Shown: in pieces, positions 62,466-64,000 of the stretch
Numbering within the stretch: the first letter of the stretch is position 1
Layout: every line of letters starts with the position of its first letter
The notes under the pieces: generated by a model
Told to the model about the DNA's origin: nothing
Database searches by the model: none
The model's input: the letters and a program-made list of their open reading frames with translations, nothing else
DNA from: the human T2T-CHM13v2.0 reference genome, Homo sapiens
DNA length: 64,000 bases
Direction: 5' to 3' (one strand)
NCBI RefSeq assembly: GCF_009914755.1
Contig: NC_060926.1
Translations under genes and position numbers: made by a program

Positions 62466-63680
62466 CATTACACAATTTTGAAAAAAACAGGAGATCCTAG
62501 CAACACATACAAACTACGAATTTCACAAAGAGCCTTTGTTTATTGTAAAGTAAGCATATCTCTAACACATCAGCCAAAGATGGTTGCCTCTTTCTTTATC
62601 CCAGCCCCCAACACACAGAGTTCTACGTCCAAATACAGAAAATACATGCATTTATGCATGCGGTAAGGAAAAAAAGGCACCACATTTAACCTTTCAGACA
62701 CAAATGGTGGAAGACATAAAATAACTAGACTGAAAATCTGGAGCCACAAGGAGATGAACTTTGCCAGGATAAGAAAAAAAATTACTATTTAAAATAACAA
62801 ACAGTCAACACTGATTACGATCAACTCTGCCCAAGAATTTGATTACATTAAAGGAAAGAAGGTAGTTTCAATGCTCTGGCTGTTGAAAGGTGGAGGCTGG
62901 TGGCCACGGCACAGAGGGAGCACCACAGAGTATGCGCGGGGTTCAGGCCAGGGCACCATAATTTAACTATTCCAGTGGACGGAGGGCTTGGGAACCCTCA
63001 CTGGGAGGTCAGCATCTGGATTCTGTAAGAATAGAAGGATGTTTGCATGCAAAAGTATGGTGTGTGCATGTGTGTGCGTGCATGCACAGGTGTGTGCATT
63101 ATTATGGGCTGGTGTCCAAGGTTACTTTAGCAGAGAGTTCCAATGTCCTTTCTGCTCTCTTGCCCCTTCATCTGGGAGGAGCAGGGAACAAGGTGTTCTA
63201 GGAATAGGAGAGGTGCCAGCGATTGCCATGGTCAAAGAGGGAACCAGTAGGAGCTGCAGCACAGACTTCTCTTAGTTAGTCTGATAAGAACGGAAAGAAC
63301 TTATCTGTGTGAGAAACACTTAGATGAGACCAGAACTTTACCTTCTGCATCCACCAATCCGAGGGCACTGATATGCAAGTTCAGCCTCCTGGGTGTTCAG
63401 GTAAACTCCTGAAGATCCCCAAGGTCCAGTTAATGAGAACAAATTACTTGCCCTGGGTCTCTATGTTCCATCTCCGTTCTCTCTGCTGCTGCCTCTGGCA
63501 TCTGCTGTCCCTCTGCCAGCTATTCCTGTCTAGGAAAAATAACCAAGTTCATTTTCGGAAGCATTTTTTAAAAGAAAGTCCTGCTGTTCTTTATTCATGG
63601 TCCTTTGGAGGAATATATTTCTCATTTCCTCCCTCATTAAAATACTGCTGCCGGGAAGGAAGGAAAGAAAATTGGAAAGG

Positions 63681-64000
63681 CTCCTCCTCTCCCTCTCCCT
63701 CCTCTCCCTCTCCCTCCTCTCCCTCTCCCTCCTCTCCCTCTCCCTCTCCCTCTCCCCACGGTCTCCCTCTCCCCACGGTCTCCCTCTCCCTCTCTTTCCA
63801 CGGTCTCCCCCTGATGCCGAGCCAAAGCTGGACTGTACTGCTGCCATCTCGGCTCACTGCAACCTCCCTGCCTGATTCTCCTGCCTCAGCCTGCCGAGTG
63901 CCTGCGATTGCAGGCGCGCGCCGCCACGCCTGACTGGTTTTCGTATTTTTTTGATGGAGACGGGGTTTCGCCGTGTTGGCCGGGCTGGTCTCCAGCTCCT
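63681..64000 (+). mobile_element. SVA 5' end (hexamer + Alu-like region), continues beyond the window
   Basis: (CCCTCT)-type repeat, ccccacggtctccctct, gatgccgagccaaagctggactgtactgctgcc; near-identical to the reverse complement of ~24830-25030. Confidence 0.95.

Noticed and set aside
63373-63933. 186-aa ORF running into the SVA
   Set aside because: Length is inflated by the stop-free hexamer repeat; no coding evidence.

Overview
Primate genomic DNA, almost certainly human, from the GPR45 locus (chr2q12 by recognition of the protein). The only protein-coding gene I can support is GPR45, an orphan class A GPCR with an uninterrupted CDS at 54976-56094 (+, 372 aa). A CpG-rich putative promoter lies about 4-5 kb upstream (~49780-50760), bracketed by two CTCF-type motifs. 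Most of the rest is interspersed repeat (Alu, L1, L2, MIR, MaLR/ERV LTRs, hAT/Tigger elements), and nearly all ORFs in the supplied track are repeat-derived. The most notable structure is a five-layer nested retrotransposon stack at 17.9-28.4 kb: old L1MB > Alu-spacer-Alu unit > full-length dead L1PA3-type > SVA > a second, divergent SVA 3' fragment. Its L1 antisense promoter and open ORF0 point toward GPR45. A second SVA in the opposite orientation begins at 63681. I cannot establish a new biological system from sequence alone. The best leads are the chimeric SVA, the Alu-spacer-Alu co-insertion, and candidate GPR45 5' splicing/uORF architecture that could allow an in-frame ORF0-GPR45 fusion. 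Repeat subfamily names are from recalled consensus sequences and need RepeatMasker/Dfam confirmation.
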